Shown here one piece after another: positions 27,270 through 36,669 of a stretch of DNA of 42,064 nucleotides; position 1 is the stretch's first letter, and each line of letters begins with the position of its first letter. The position numbers were made by a program, and so were the translations under genes. The notes beneath the pieces were generated by a model. It made no database searches, was not told the origin of the DNA, and was given only the letters and a program-made list of their open reading frames with translations. The DNA lies in IMG/VR virus record IMGVR_UViG_3300020045_013890, positions 1-42,064 of that record. One strand, given 5' to 3'. Origin of the DNA: a virus. Taxonomy: Duplodnaviria; Caudoviricetes.

Positions 27270-29802
27270 AGTCAGTGCTCATCTCCAATATAAGACCCTT
27301 TGGCGGATTTCCTCGTTTTCCGGTAACAAGCTTGCCAAAGGTCCAGCCTTCTTGAAACTCGCCATTTTCCACCATTTCCATGATCATTTCTTCAAACTTT
27401 TTTGATGATCCGAAAACTGGAAATAGGTTTTTCTTTGTATAAATTTCTCCAGTGTTGACAAACCTGTCGCCTTTTTGTATTGCGCGCTCATACGCCCTTA
27501 GTACATCATTTTTCGCATCAACAATCTTACTAATCTCAACTTCACGCTGGCTCTTCGGACCACTAATGGATGACCCGTGAACCTTGTAACAATCCTCATA
27601 AAGCGTCAGGTAGCAGCTCATATGGACCTTATAGACTTCAATGGCCCAGAGCATTGTAGATACGTCGATTGTCTCAGTGTTTTGAGAAACACAGTAGATC
27701 ATACAGAGCTTTAAGATCATCTCGTCCGTCCGGTTGACCATGGCGTCCATAATGGCCCTTCGGTCCTCCTCCACCATTGAAACATCACTGTCCCTATCCT
27801 CGATGTATACAAACTCTTCTAGGGCCTCCCTGAAGGTTGCCCACAGCACGATGGCTTCCATGTTTGGTATGATCTCGTCTAATTCGTATCGCTGAGTCCC
27901 TTGGTCGATCTCAGGAGCTGGATTTAGGATAAACCTAGCCGCACTGGCCTCAGTGATCTTGGAGTAATCGGGGCGTTTGAATGTGAAAACTTTGGTCGGT
28001 GCTCCGTCATCAAACTCGGACTTGAAGGCCTCCGGTATTTGCATTTTGGGCTGCGGCACCACCTGCTGCGCATCTATAAAAGATTTTGAACTGAACCTAG
28101 GACGTTCCACTGGATCAATGAACACAATAAAACGCGAGAGGCACCCACTTGTAAAAAGATGGGTCTGCAGGCGTCGCTTGATCATAGATGGGGTGGTGAA
28201 CCCACAAATGTTGAGACCTGGGTTTACTATGGCTTCTACAGTTAGGTTGTCGTTCTTTGCAATCTCGGTACCGTAAGTGCTGGTGCTTGATGAGTAGAGC
28301 TCATTCATCACAGAATCAAAGCCCGCCGTGGCAGAACTAGGCTTTACCACATTGGACCAGAAGCTATCCATCTCATCATAAGAATCAAGTCTACGGCGCA
28401 TAAAACGCTTACCTAGATTTGTCGGTAGGGCGTTTGTTGAAAGCACCTTTCCAGCGCCTTTGAGGGCGATACCGTTTGGGCCGTTATCCATAAGAAACTT
28501 TTCAACAAGATGTTTTGAATGCGTCTTACCTTTACCGGAACCAGCGATAGTCATCAGGTAACAGTTAGGTGCAAGGAGAGACCCCCTGTTGCGAGTTACA
28601 ATGCGGTTTGTGCCCATTGCACCACATAATGAAAGAGCCGCAGAGAACGGCAGTATAGCCGACTGATTCATCTCGTTTCGAAACTCATTACAGATGTGCT
28701 CAATCACACCACCAGGCGGAATAAGGCGCTCAAGGATCTCGGTGGCCTCAGGGTGCTTCCATATGTTTACAAGTTTAATAGTTGAGACCATGCGCTGATC
28801 ATCAGTCTTTGCTGTTCGCAGGGCCGTTCGCTCGTAGTAGATCCCATCGTTTCTAGCGGGCTTTGCTGGCTCTGGTATCTCGATGTTGAGCTTAATGATC
28901 TTCGTGCGGTCAAGCCTTGTGCCCTTCTCGGTGGCGGCTTTAATGGCTTTATTGGCCATAGCTTTTGCTGCAGCTTCGGGCTTGCGGCCTTTAAGCTGTT
29001 CATCGTTTTGGAAATAATCACCTTTAATGCGCGAGATTTCGCCAGCCGATGTGAGAAGCAGTTCGCTTGCAATGTGGTCGGTGTCGTATCCATTGCAGGC
29101 TAGCGCATAGGCCATATCTCTTAAGTAAACGTGCCGAAAGTATGCTCCGTCGTGAGATGATATTTGCGCATTTGCATATTGAAGCGAGTTGATGCCAGAA
29201 TGCTTCTTGTCAGAGGACTTCCCAGTCTCTTGTTCCCACCATTTGTTACAAAGGTTTTTGATCGCAATCCATTCTCCAAGGCTCAGGATTGGAAGTTCAC
29301 TGGCATCACAAAACCCATTGATCCAAAAGTATTCTTTATTGGTGTCAGGATGCACTGATGGCGGAATAACTATTTGAGTGCCGAATGCTTTCATTTCACC
29401 CCAAGAACGGTTCTCAGATTTATAATCACATGGATCAATCTCTGGATCAGGGCGATATAAGTAGCATGCACCCTTTTCACCAACTCTTGCTGCAGGTGTG
29501 GGCCTAAGGAGTTTTAATAGTTTTTGGGCAAGTGGCTCATCGCCCTTGCAGTCAATATCTACGGCAATCACCGATGACCCCATTGCGATACCGACATTGG
29601 CGCAATCAAAATATTCAAGCCATTCATTTAATTGTTCGGGCGTTGGCGCGGTGAGTCCATATTTTGGCCATCCGACGCTGATAAGCCCTGCAGGGTATTT
29701 TTGAGCGTACTCAAGCGGTATCGGATGATACCCTTTAGCAAGCATCTCCTCTGCAACTAGGTGAAATGGCGATACAAGTTGTGATGGCGTTCTTTCTGAC
29801 AT
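27268..29802 (-). CDS. Bifunctional primase-polymerase (Prim-Pol) fused to a DUF3987-like helicase
   Basis: ANVGIAMG..VIAVDID, VIPPSVHP...Y.W; C-terminal AGSGKGKT and YDE. Start moved to the ATG at 29802 after GGGGAG. Confidence 0.88.
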   Translation of the reverse strand: MSERTPSQLVSPFHLVAEEMLAKGYHPIPLEYAQKYPAGLISVGWPKYGLTAPTPEQLNEWLEYFDCANVGIAMGSSVIAVDIDCKGDEPLAQKLLKLLRPTPAARVGEKGACYLYRPDPEIDPCDYKSENRSWGEMKAFGTQIVIPPSVHPDTNKEYFWINGFCDASELPILSLGEWIAIKNLCNKWWEQETGKSSDKKHSGINSLQYANAQISSHDGAYFRHVYLRDMAYALACNGYDTDHIASELLLTSAGEISRIKGDYFQNDEQLKGRKPEAAAKAMANKAIKAATEKGTRLDRTKIIKLNIEIPEPAKPARNDGIYYERTALRTAKTDDQRMVSTIKLVNIWKHPEATEILERLIPPGGVIEHICNEFRNEMNQSAILPFSAALSLCGAMGTNRIVTRNRGSLLAPNCYLMTIAGSGKGKTHSKHLVEKFLMDNGPNGIALKGAGKVLSTNALPTNLGKRFMRRRLDSYDEMDSFWSNVVKPSSATAGFDSVMNELYSSSTSTYGTEIAKNDNLTVEAIVNPGLNICGFTTPSMIKRRLQTHLFTSGCLSRFIVFIDPVERPRFSSKSFIDAQQVVPQPKMQIPEAFKSEFDDGAPTKVFTFKRPDYSKITEASAARFILNPAPEIDQGTQRYELDEIIPNMEAIVLWATFREALEEFVYIEDRDSDVSMVEEDRRAIMDAMVNRTDEMILKLCMIYCVSQNTETIDVSTMLWAIEVYKVHMSCYLTLYEDCYKVHGSSISGPKSQREVEISKIVDAKNDVLRAYERAIQKGDRFVNTGEIYTKKNLFPVFGSSKKFEEMIMEMVENGEFQEGWTFGKLVTGKRGNPPKGLILEMSTD

Positions 29803-29969
29803 TAGGCTCCCCAAAAGATGATGCGTGGTTTGAATTGGTCAGCGTACACTAATCTCTCACTACCCTGTCAATCAGCGTGCGGCGTGTCAGTTAAAAATAA
29901 ATGACATGGTATTAATTTATTCTTGATGAGTGTAGTTTTGAAACATCAAAGGGGATCTTAAATCACGAC

Positions 29970-30725
29970 ATGAAAATCACGACAGTAAACAATGCACACC
30001 AACAACCTTATTTTATTTTCATCTATGGAGCGAGTGGTGCGGGTAAGACATCACTCTTAAAAACATTACCAGTTGGTAAAACTCTGATGCTCGATGCAGA
30101 GCAGGGCACGAAGAGTATTGGTAGTTTCAAGTTTGATCTGGTTGAGCTTTGCCGCAACGACGACGGCTCTCTTGCAGAAGAAAAAGATAGGTTCACTAAT
30201 TTTGATGAGTTTTGTCATCATCTTAAAAGTCCAGAACTGAAGGCTAAATATGACTACATCTTCATAGATTCGTTCACAGAGATATCTCAAAACCTGATGA
30301 CAACTTTGGAAAATTTGGAAGGTGAAGATTCTGTCATTGGCCTACAAATGTGGGGAAGGTACACAAAAGAATTAAAGAGAGTATTAAAGTTCTTCAGAGA
30401 CATAGGCCACTACACCATAATCATGACAGCACTCGAGGATCGCATCGACGAAAAAGATGGTACATCATTTTACGCTCCGCTTTTACAGGGAAACAAAGCA
30501 AGGCTTTCTATTGAGCCAGCAGTCGATGAGTTATTGCGCTTGGTGATCGTTGACGATGCCCAGACTCGTAAGCTGATCTGCCAGCCTACGACTAAAACTA
30601 AGGCTAAGGATAGGTCAGGGAACCTTGATGCGGTTGAAGATCCGCATTTGATGAATTTGATAACTAAAATGTACGGTAAGAAAGATGTTGCGGCAGGTGC
30701 CGCACTTAAAAAAGGAGATAACTAA
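29970..30725 (+). CDS. AAA_24 / Sak4-like recombination ATPase
   Basis: IYGASGAGKTS, LDAEQG, IFIDSFTEI, AKDRSG. Confidence 0.85.
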   Translation: MKITTVNNAHQQPYFIFIYGASGAGKTSLLKTLPVGKTLMLDAEQGTKSIGSFKFDLVELCRNDDGSLAEEKDRFTNFDEFCHHLKSPELKAKYDYIFIDSFTEISQNLMTTLENLEGEDSVIGLQMWGRYTKELKRVLKFFRDIGHYTIIMTALEDRIDEKDGTSFYAPLLQGNKARLSIEPAVDELLRLVIVDDAQTRKLICQPTTKTKAKDRSGNLDAVEDPHLMNLITKMYGKKDVAAGAALKKGDN

Positions 30726-31198
30726 TGGGAGTATTTAATTTAAAAGCAGCAAAGGCATCCGCAGGATCTAAGGGATCGGCATTTGAATTCGCTAACGGTA
30801 AGTATGACGGCGAGATCAGTGATGTGGAGCTGAAGAAAACACAAGCGGGCCACAACATGCTGGTGCTTTGGCTAGAGCTCGTGCTACCGCGTTTAACGGT
30901 TGATAGTGGCGGTGAGGTTAAAAAGCTTCGCCACTCGATTCTGCTTGATCACCCTAAGACTGCAGAGAGCGCGGCGGATGCGGTCTCATCAATCGTGCTT
31001 GGAGCTGTGAAGAATCCGCCTGATGAGATTGCAACTGCAGAGAGTTTGGCTGCATACCTTAAGGGCCTTCCGGTGTCTGTGAGTGTTAAGCAGCGTGGTC
31101 TTAATGATGCGGGCTACATGCAGTACAACGTGTTCTTTAATGACTGTAAGAACAAGGTTGAAGTGGCCAAGGCCGTTCAGCAGACTGTTGTTTATTAA
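30725..31198 (+). CDS. DUF669-like single-stranded DNA-binding protein
   Basis: GKYDGEISDVELKKTQAGHNML.L pattern; follows the Sak4-like gene. Confidence 0.7.
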   Translation: MGVFNLKAAKASAGSKGSAFEFANGKYDGEISDVELKKTQAGHNMLVLWLELVLPRLTVDSGGEVKKLRHSILLDHPKTAESAADAVSSIVLGAVKNPPDEIATAESLAAYLKGLPVSVSVKQRGLNDAGYMQYNVFFNDCKNKVEVAKAVQQTVVY

Positions 31199-31205
31199 TT
31201 AGTTT

Positions 31206-31398
31206 GTATCACCTGCCGGGTAGGTTTGGTTTCTACTTGGTGGGTGATGCTCTTTGGAATGGGCTTAATGGAGTCGTCAAAGGTAGTTAAGACTTGGTTT
31301 TAAACAATTTAAAAAAAGGTCTCCCCCTTTGTGATTTGTCTAATCGTCGTTACAGACGCCAAGGTTTAACTAGAGTCTATTGAGCCCATCCTTAAGAG
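31206..31398 (+). ncRNA. Candidate structured RNA / cis-regulatory leader of the helicase gene
   Basis: 18-bp stem 31206-23/31233-50; nested stems 31259-72/31376-89 and 31284-97/31359-72; many G-U pairs. Confidence 0.6.
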
Positions 31399-31408
31399 AT
31401 ATACATCA

Positions 31409-33226
31409 ATGAGTAGCTTACGAGATTATCAAAGACGTGCGGTGGATGTGCTGCGCGAGAAGCTTAAGAAGGGCCATGAGCGGCTCTTGCTTGTGGCATC
31501 TACTGGCAGCGGCAAGACTCGTATATTCACCACCCTCATAGCTGAGATACTATCCACGACCTCCCCACATATGCGAGTCTTGCTTGTGGTGACTAAAGAA
31601 GCTTTGGTGCCACAGATTGAACGCGAACTAAAAGCGCGAGGCATCAGTAGTGTTGGCGTGTACTGCGCTACACATAAAAGGTACGAGATCGAGCGCCAGA
31701 TTGTCGTGGGGACTCTCCAAAGTCTTGCACGCACCGCTGTTGGTAAGTTTGATCTTGTGATTTTTGATGAAGCGCACAGGCTGAATGACAAAGAAGATGG
31801 GCAGTTCATGCCCATGTGGAACAAGATTAAAGAAGCGTCCCCTACGTGTAGGATCATAGGAGCCACCGCCACGCCGTTCATGGGCGGTAGGTATATATAT
31901 AATCGTCGTGGTGATACAGGGCGGTTCTTTCCAGAGGTGACGTTCTCCATTGGTATCAAAGAGCTCACTCGTGATGGATACCTAGTACCAGCTCATCTTG
32001 CAAGTGGGGCAAAGAGCGAGGTGTTTAGCATCGAGAAGCTCCGCTATGAGCCAGGCCGTGGTGACTACTCTGAGGGTACGCTTAACGCCATGGTGTCTGT
32101 ATATTGGGATAAGATATTATCTCAGGTTAAGGATGCTCTTCTTAGACTTGATGGCCGCAAGAAAGTGGCGTGGGCTTGTATCAACATAACTCATGCAGAG
32201 CGTGTGCGTGATGTACTACTTGGAATGAAAGAGATCGCAACGTGTGTGCATTCCAAGATGGTACGCCGTGATGAGGTGGCAGCGCTTGAGGCATTCACTA
32301 AGGGTGATGCTAGGCACATGGTGTTTGTTACGAAGCTTAGTGAAGGATTTGACTTCGCTCCAACAGATGCAGTGGTCTTGATGCGCCCTATGCGATCGCC
32401 AACACTTATGATCCAGACCATTGGTCGTGGCCTTCGTACATATCCAGGGAAGGCATCAGCGCTTGTTCTTGACTACGGTCAAACCATCAGACACTGCGGA
32501 TCACTGGATCGCCCCGTCGTGCAAGAGGATCTCTTGCAGATGGTTGACGGTAAGCTCAAGCGCCAGGACGTTGAAGATGCGGTGAACTACCGCGTGGTGA
32601 CATGCGATGCTTGCGGGCTGTTTAACTTTCTGTATGAGGGTGACAAGCTGCTATGCAAGAACTGCAATGCCGCAATTGAGCTTGGATTCTCATCAGTCTT
32701 GAGTCTTGCCACCACCTCATTTACTGGCGAATCGCTATACTCATCTGAAGAGTGCGCCATTGATAGCCACTGGATAGATAGTCACTGGGTGCCTGTTGAG
32801 AACTTTAAGCTAGAAGTGCGCATACCGCATATCAAAGTCGTGTTTGATACACATGATCCACTACTTGGAACAGTGGTGACAGTTGCAAGCAGCATATGGC
32901 TGCCAAGCACTAAGGCCAAGTGGGCGATGCGAAATGCCATGCAGGCTAGGATTCGCAGATTATTTCAGCCGCTCATCTTTGCAGCTCACCACCACTGTAC
33001 GTTTCAAATGGTCAGGGATGTGCTGGATGCTGCTGGCAAGGGGATATCAATTATTAAAAGCCCAAGCTGGGCTTACGTTTATAAGAACGCAGATCGACGG
33101 TTTATCATTCGGGCGTTCTCGTTTGAGAAGCCAGAAAACAGTACGGAGATCGACGATATTAGTGTCGGGGTTAAACAGGAGGAGTTATTCAGTGGAGTCA
33201 TCAATAAGAAAAAGATTAAGGCGTGA
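31409..33226 (+). CDS. SF2 DEAH helicase (RadD/YejH-like) with Zn ribbon
   Basis: LRDYQ, STGSGKT, FDEAH, GATATP, LSEGFD, QTIGRGLR, CDAC...CKNC. Confidence 0.92.
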   Translation: MSSLRDYQRRAVDVLREKLKKGHERLLLVASTGSGKTRIFTTLIAEILSTTSPHMRVLLVVTKEALVPQIERELKARGISSVGVYCATHKRYEIERQIVVGTLQSLARTAVGKFDLVIFDEAHRLNDKEDGQFMPMWNKIKEASPTCRIIGATATPFMGGRYIYNRRGDTGRFFPEVTFSIGIKELTRDGYLVPAHLASGAKSEVFSIEKLRYEPGRGDYSEGTLNAMVSVYWDKILSQVKDALLRLDGRKKVAWACINITHAERVRDVLLGMKEIATCVHSKMVRRDEVAALEAFTKGDARHMVFVTKLSEGFDFAPTDAVVLMRPMRSPTLMIQTIGRGLRTYPGKASALVLDYGQTIRHCGSLDRPVVQEDLLQMVDGKLKRQDVEDAVNYRVVTCDACGLFNFLYEGDKLLCKNCNAAIELGFSSVLSLATTSFTGESLYSSEECAIDSHWIDSHWVPVENFKLEVRIPHIKVVFDTHDPLLGTVVTVASSIWLPSTKAKWAMRNAMQARIRRLFQPLIFAAHHHCTFQMVRDVLDAAGKGISIIKSPSWAYVYKNADRRFIIRAFSFEKPENSTEIDDISVGVKQEELFSGVINKKKIKA

Positions 33227-33242
33227 TGGGGTCGTTCCGATC

Positions 33243-33614
33243 GTGGAATACAAGGAGATCAAGACTGACCACCGCAAGGAATCGGCCATCGAAAGGGATA
33301 TACTTAGATATTTAAACGATGGGGGTCGTTGTTATGCCTGGAAGGTACATAGCGTTGGGGTGTTTGATAGCGGCTCTGGTTCTTATCGTAAGAGCAGTCC
33401 ATTTGCTGTTAATGGGATTTCAGATGTGATCGCAATCCGTGATGGGCAGGTTCTGTTTCTTGAAATCAAAACTCCTCACGGCAAACAATCTCAGGACCAA
33501 ATCAAATTCCAAAAAGCCATTCGTTCTAAGGGTGGTGTTTACGAAATTCTGACTTCTGTGGATGATGCTGAAGAATTAATTGAAAAATTATTTACTGTAG
33601 AGGGCAGCAAATGA
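33243..33614 (+). CDS. VRR-NUC nuclease (Holliday junction resolvase-like)
   Basis: ESAIE..I, GISDV, FLEIKTPHGKQSQDQ; probable GTG start at 33243 rather than 32883. Confidence 0.88.
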   Translation: MEYKEIKTDHRKESAIERDILRYLNDGGRCYAWKVHSVGVFDSGSGSYRKSSPFAVNGISDVIAIRDGQVLFLEIKTPHGKQSQDQIKFQKAIRSKGGVYEILTSVDDAEELIEKLFTVEGSK

Positions 33615-34219
33615 TTGTAGCACTCTACGTTTTAACTGGTGGGCCATATTTTAATTTAGAGGGATTGGACCCTTGGGATGCACCTCGTGATGCGCGACTT
33701 TACAAAGGGCCACACAAAGTGATCGCTCACCCACCATGCGAGAGGTGGGGTAGATACTGGGGCGGAGGACCAATGCTGGCGGGTACTAAGAAACAAAAAC
33801 TACTAGGCGATGATGCCGGATGTTTTGCTCACGCACTGTGGTCAGTCCGCACCTTTGGCGGCCTACTTGAACATCCAGAAGCCTCACATGCTTTTGCTTA
33901 TTATGGTTTACCTAGGCCACCGCAAAAAGGTGGCTGGACTGATGCCGACAAGTATGGCGGTAGAAGTTGCTGCCTGGCTCAAGGCGCTTATGGACATCGG
34001 GCGCAAAAGCTAACATGGTTGTACGCTAAACTAGATAACTATCCCGAGCTTAAATGGGGGCTAACCCCTGATATGGTACGTCTAGATGTTGGCTACCACT
34101 CGAAAGAAGAAAGAGCCAGATTTATCAAGACTGGCATTTGTCAGCGATTATCTAAACGCCAGCGCTCAGAAACACCCATCGAGTTTCGAGACCTACTTAT
34201 AGAAATGGTGACAAGATGA
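33611..34219 (+). CDS. Divergent C5-cytosine methyltransferase-like protein
   Basis: IAHPPC (motif IV-like), LLEHP, YGH...K.TWLY; no clear FxGxG motif I. Confidence 0.55.
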   Translation: MIVALYVLTGGPYFNLEGLDPWDAPRDARLYKGPHKVIAHPPCERWGRYWGGGPMLAGTKKQKLLGDDAGCFAHALWSVRTFGGLLEHPEASHAFAYYGLPRPPQKGGWTDADKYGGRSCCLAQGAYGHRAQKLTWLYAKLDNYPELKWGLTPDMVRLDVGYHSKEERARFIKTGICQRLSKRQRSETPIEFRDLLIEMVTR

Positions 34220-34665
34220 AAATACTTGATCTATCCGCTGGCAACAGGGCTATATGGTTTAATAAGAACCATCCACTGGCAACGTACCTTGATAAGCGTG
34301 AAAGCGTTAAGCCGGATATTGTGTGTGACACTAAAGCAATCCCCGAAGCTGCCGGATCCGGTTTCGACCTGGTAGTATTTGATCCACCTCATATGAACTG
34401 CGGCCCTAATTCTAACATGAGTAAAGTGTACGGCTATCACACCACCGCTGAGATACTAGATACGATTAAGGGTACCGGATCCGAAGCGCATCGAGTGACC
34501 AATGCTAATGCCTTGATGGCGCTAAAGTGGAATGATCATGACATCAGGCTTCAAAGAGTTCTTGATTTACTCCCGCAGTGGGAACCGTTGTTTGGACATC
34601 TCACCAAAGACGGCCCCGGATCCAAGACTTATTGGGTGATGCTTAGGAGGCTCTCCGATGTTTAA
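34216..34665 (+). CDS. Small SAM-dependent (amino-type) DNA methyltransferase
   Basis: ILDLSAG motif I and FDLVVFDPPH motif IV; LKW. Confidence 0.75.
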   Translation: MKILDLSAGNRAIWFNKNHPLATYLDKRESVKPDIVCDTKAIPEAAGSGFDLVVFDPPHMNCGPNSNMSKVYGYHTTAEILDTIKGTGSEAHRVTNANALMALKWNDHDIRLQRVLDLLPQWEPLFGHLTKDGPGSKTYWVMLRRLSDV

Positions 34666-35452
34666 AATAAAAGACAAGCAAAAGCTTCAGGCCGAATGGC
34701 ATGAAAAGCGCAGTAAAGGAATAGGCGGCAGCGACGTGGCTCCTATGCTTGGCATGTCGCCGTATAAAACTGCGTATGCGCTTTGGCTTGAGAAAACAAA
34801 GAGGGTTGTGCCGGTAGATATATCAAACCTGCCGCACGTACAAAGGGGGATTATTTATGAGCCTGTGGCAAGGAAGCTATTCGAAGAACAAACTGGCAGA
34901 AGTTACAAACCTAAATATTGGGAGCATGAGGGTACCCCTTTCAGGTGTACAGATGACGGTTTCAGTCTTGACCATTCGTCCATATGTGAATTTAAAGTTC
35001 AAGGTCGAGCAAAACATGATGAGACAAAAGAAGGTAAAGTCCCTGAGCACTATGTTCTACAGTGCCACTACAATCTGGCCGTTTCTGGAACTAAGCTCTG
35101 TTATTTCATTAGCTTTTGGCCGGAGACGGAAGAGCTGGCCGTCGTTGAGATCAGACTAGAGCAAGAGCGCAGAGAGAAACTACTAGCGTTGGTCCTGGAT
35201 TGGTGGACTGAGCATATCACGAAAGACATCCCACCACCATTAACACCAAAGGATCGCATTCACTTGGTTGATGAATATGCAATGGCGCTATGCCGTGAAT
35301 ACAAAAGAGTAAAGGCACTGGATGATGTAGATGAGAGCCTACGCCTAAGATTGCACGAGCTCACAAGCATCGCGCGTCCCAGCATTGTATGCGAGGGCGT
35401 GACGATTACGATGAGTTTTGATGGGCATTATCGTATAACGATAAAGGATTAG
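34658..35452 (+). CDS. YqaJ / lambda-exonuclease family nuclease
   Basis: EWHEKRSKGIGGSD, RG..YEP.AR, DG, EFK, Y..Q. Confidence 0.92.
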   Translation: MFKIKDKQKLQAEWHEKRSKGIGGSDVAPMLGMSPYKTAYALWLEKTKRVVPVDISNLPHVQRGIIYEPVARKLFEEQTGRSYKPKYWEHEGTPFRCTDDGFSLDHSSICEFKVQGRAKHDETKEGKVPEHYVLQCHYNLAVSGTKLCYFISFWPETEELAVVEIRLEQERREKLLALVLDWWTEHITKDIPPPLTPKDRIHLVDEYAMALCREYKRVKALDDVDESLRLRLHELTSIARPSIVCEGVTITMSFDGHYRITIKD

Positions 35453-35646
35453 AACGTGGATTCGCGATCTTCTTCTGGTTTTTTCATGTCGTTGGCTTTT
35501 TTCTCTTCGGCAGACGCTTGGCTGCCAAGAGCGCCCTTCATTGCTTGCCAGATTTTAGTGGCGTACTCTGGGGCTTTAGTTGCACCGCGTGCGGCAGCTT
35601 CGGCTGCTTTTTGATCGACACCAGAACCATTTTTCCAACCGCTCAT
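35449..35646 (-). CDS. Small hypothetical protein, opposite orientation, probably leaderless
   Basis: 65-aa ORF filling a gap, with its own promoter-like sequence. Confidence 0.6.
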   Translation of the reverse strand: MSGWKNGSGVDQKAAEAAARGATKAPEYATKIWQAMKGALGSQASAEEKKANDMKKPEEDRESTF

Positions 35647-35653
35647 AAAGGAG

Positions 35654-35683
35654 ATTATAAACTATGAAGACCAAGATTGTAAA
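35654..35683 (-). promoter_or_regulatory. Sigma70-type promoter for 35646-35449
   Basis: Minus strand TTTACA-N18-TATAAT-N7-ATG. Confidence 0.55.
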
Positions 35684-35876
35684 GAAGCCCATTGAAGCAT
35701 CTAAACCTACAGAGGTGGTGAGTGATTACTTTGTACCGCCAGGCTACAGTAGTCATGTCACGGCTCACCGCCGAATGGACTATATAAAATTCTCAGACCA
35801 CAGTTATACAAAATCCAGTGAGATCAAGGCGCTTATTAAGTGGCTTGAGGCTCAGATACCAAGCCTTGCTGAGTAG
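35664..35876 (+). CDS. Hypothetical protein
   Basis: 70 aa, AAGGAG RBS. Confidence 0.55.
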   Translation: MKTKIVKKPIEASKPTEVVSDYFVPPGYSSHVTAHRRMDYIKFSDHSYTKSSEIKALIKWLEAQIPSLAE

Positions 35877-35942
35877 TGCGTCAATACAGCGTCCCCTCAC
35901 CCTGATATATTTGTATATGGGGCATGAGGGGGTGAGCGGGGA

Positions 35943-36335
35943 TTGGGCGTTCCAAAGGCTGTTTATAACTCACTTATATCAAAGATGAAGCATAGCGCCC
36001 GTAGGCGTAACAAAGAATGGCAGCTCACAAGAGATGATGTCATTGACCTGATGAAAATGGACTGCCTGTTTTGCGGCAAGCCCCCTTCGAATAAATATAC
36101 TTATGAAGACAGTTACGTGTTGGTTTACTCAGGCATAGACCGTGTGGACAGCGGAGCTGGATATACGTTTGAAAATACTGTGCCGTGCTGCAAAGTTTGC
36201 AACATGGTTAAGGGCGAGATGGGGATTGAGGTGTTATGGCTGCATTTATTGAAGATGGTGATAACAATGAGCGAGTTATTTATGAGCTCGCAGACAAAAA
36301 AACTCGTTCGTCTTTTCAAAAAGCATTTGGATTAA
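35943..36335 (+). CDS. HNH-type endonuclease (Zn-binding)
   Basis: CLFCG...GIDRVDSGAGYTFENTVPCCKVCNMVK. Confidence 0.85.
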   Translation: MGVPKAVYNSLISKMKHSARRRNKEWQLTRDDVIDLMKMDCLFCGKPPSNKYTYEDSYVLVYSGIDRVDSGAGYTFENTVPCCKVCNMVKGEMGIEVLWLHLLKMVITMSELFMSSQTKKLVRLFKKHLD

Positions 36336-36628
36336 AGATTCGGATCTCTCGGTACGACTATAAGATCATCTATTGCAAGCGCCTGGTGGAAGGGGGTGAG
36401 CATTGTAGTGGCCTTGCGGATATGCGCGAGAAGAAGATCTATCTCTTGGTGGGGCATGGCGATGAGCTAATCACGTTCCTACACGAGATTGCCCATGCGG
36501 AGCTATGTGAGTCCGCCCTGACCGCTCGCCCTAGTTGGTGCCAGGAGCTAGAAGAGCAGCTCGTGGAACTTTGGGGCAGATCTATGACTTCTTTTTTGGA
36601 GCACCTGTCGGCTTTGGGGCGGAAGTGA
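36236..36628 (+). CDS. HExxH zinc metallopeptidase-like protein
   Basis: CSGLAD....IYL, FLHEIAHA, downstream EEQLVE. Confidence 0.7.
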   Translation: MAAFIEDGDNNERVIYELADKKTRSSFQKAFGLKIRISRYDYKIIYCKRLVEGGEHCSGLADMREKKIYLLVGHGDELITFLHEIAHAELCESALTARPSWCQELEEQLVELWGRSMTSFLEHLSALGRK

Positions 36629-36669
36629 CACGCGGCTTTTTGATGGCCGCGTACACGTTAAGCATTTGG

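Noticed and set aside
31199-31408. Group I/II intron, retron msr-msd, tRNA or known riboswitch
   Set aside because: Flanking genes are intact, no reverse transcriptase is encoded, and I could not identify catalytic-core, cloverleaf or aptamer consensus motifs; kept only as an unknown structured RNA
32883-33242. N-terminal 120 aa of the 243-aa ORF in the track
   Set aside because: Overlaps the helicase in another frame; the VRR-NUC domain starts near the GTG at 33243
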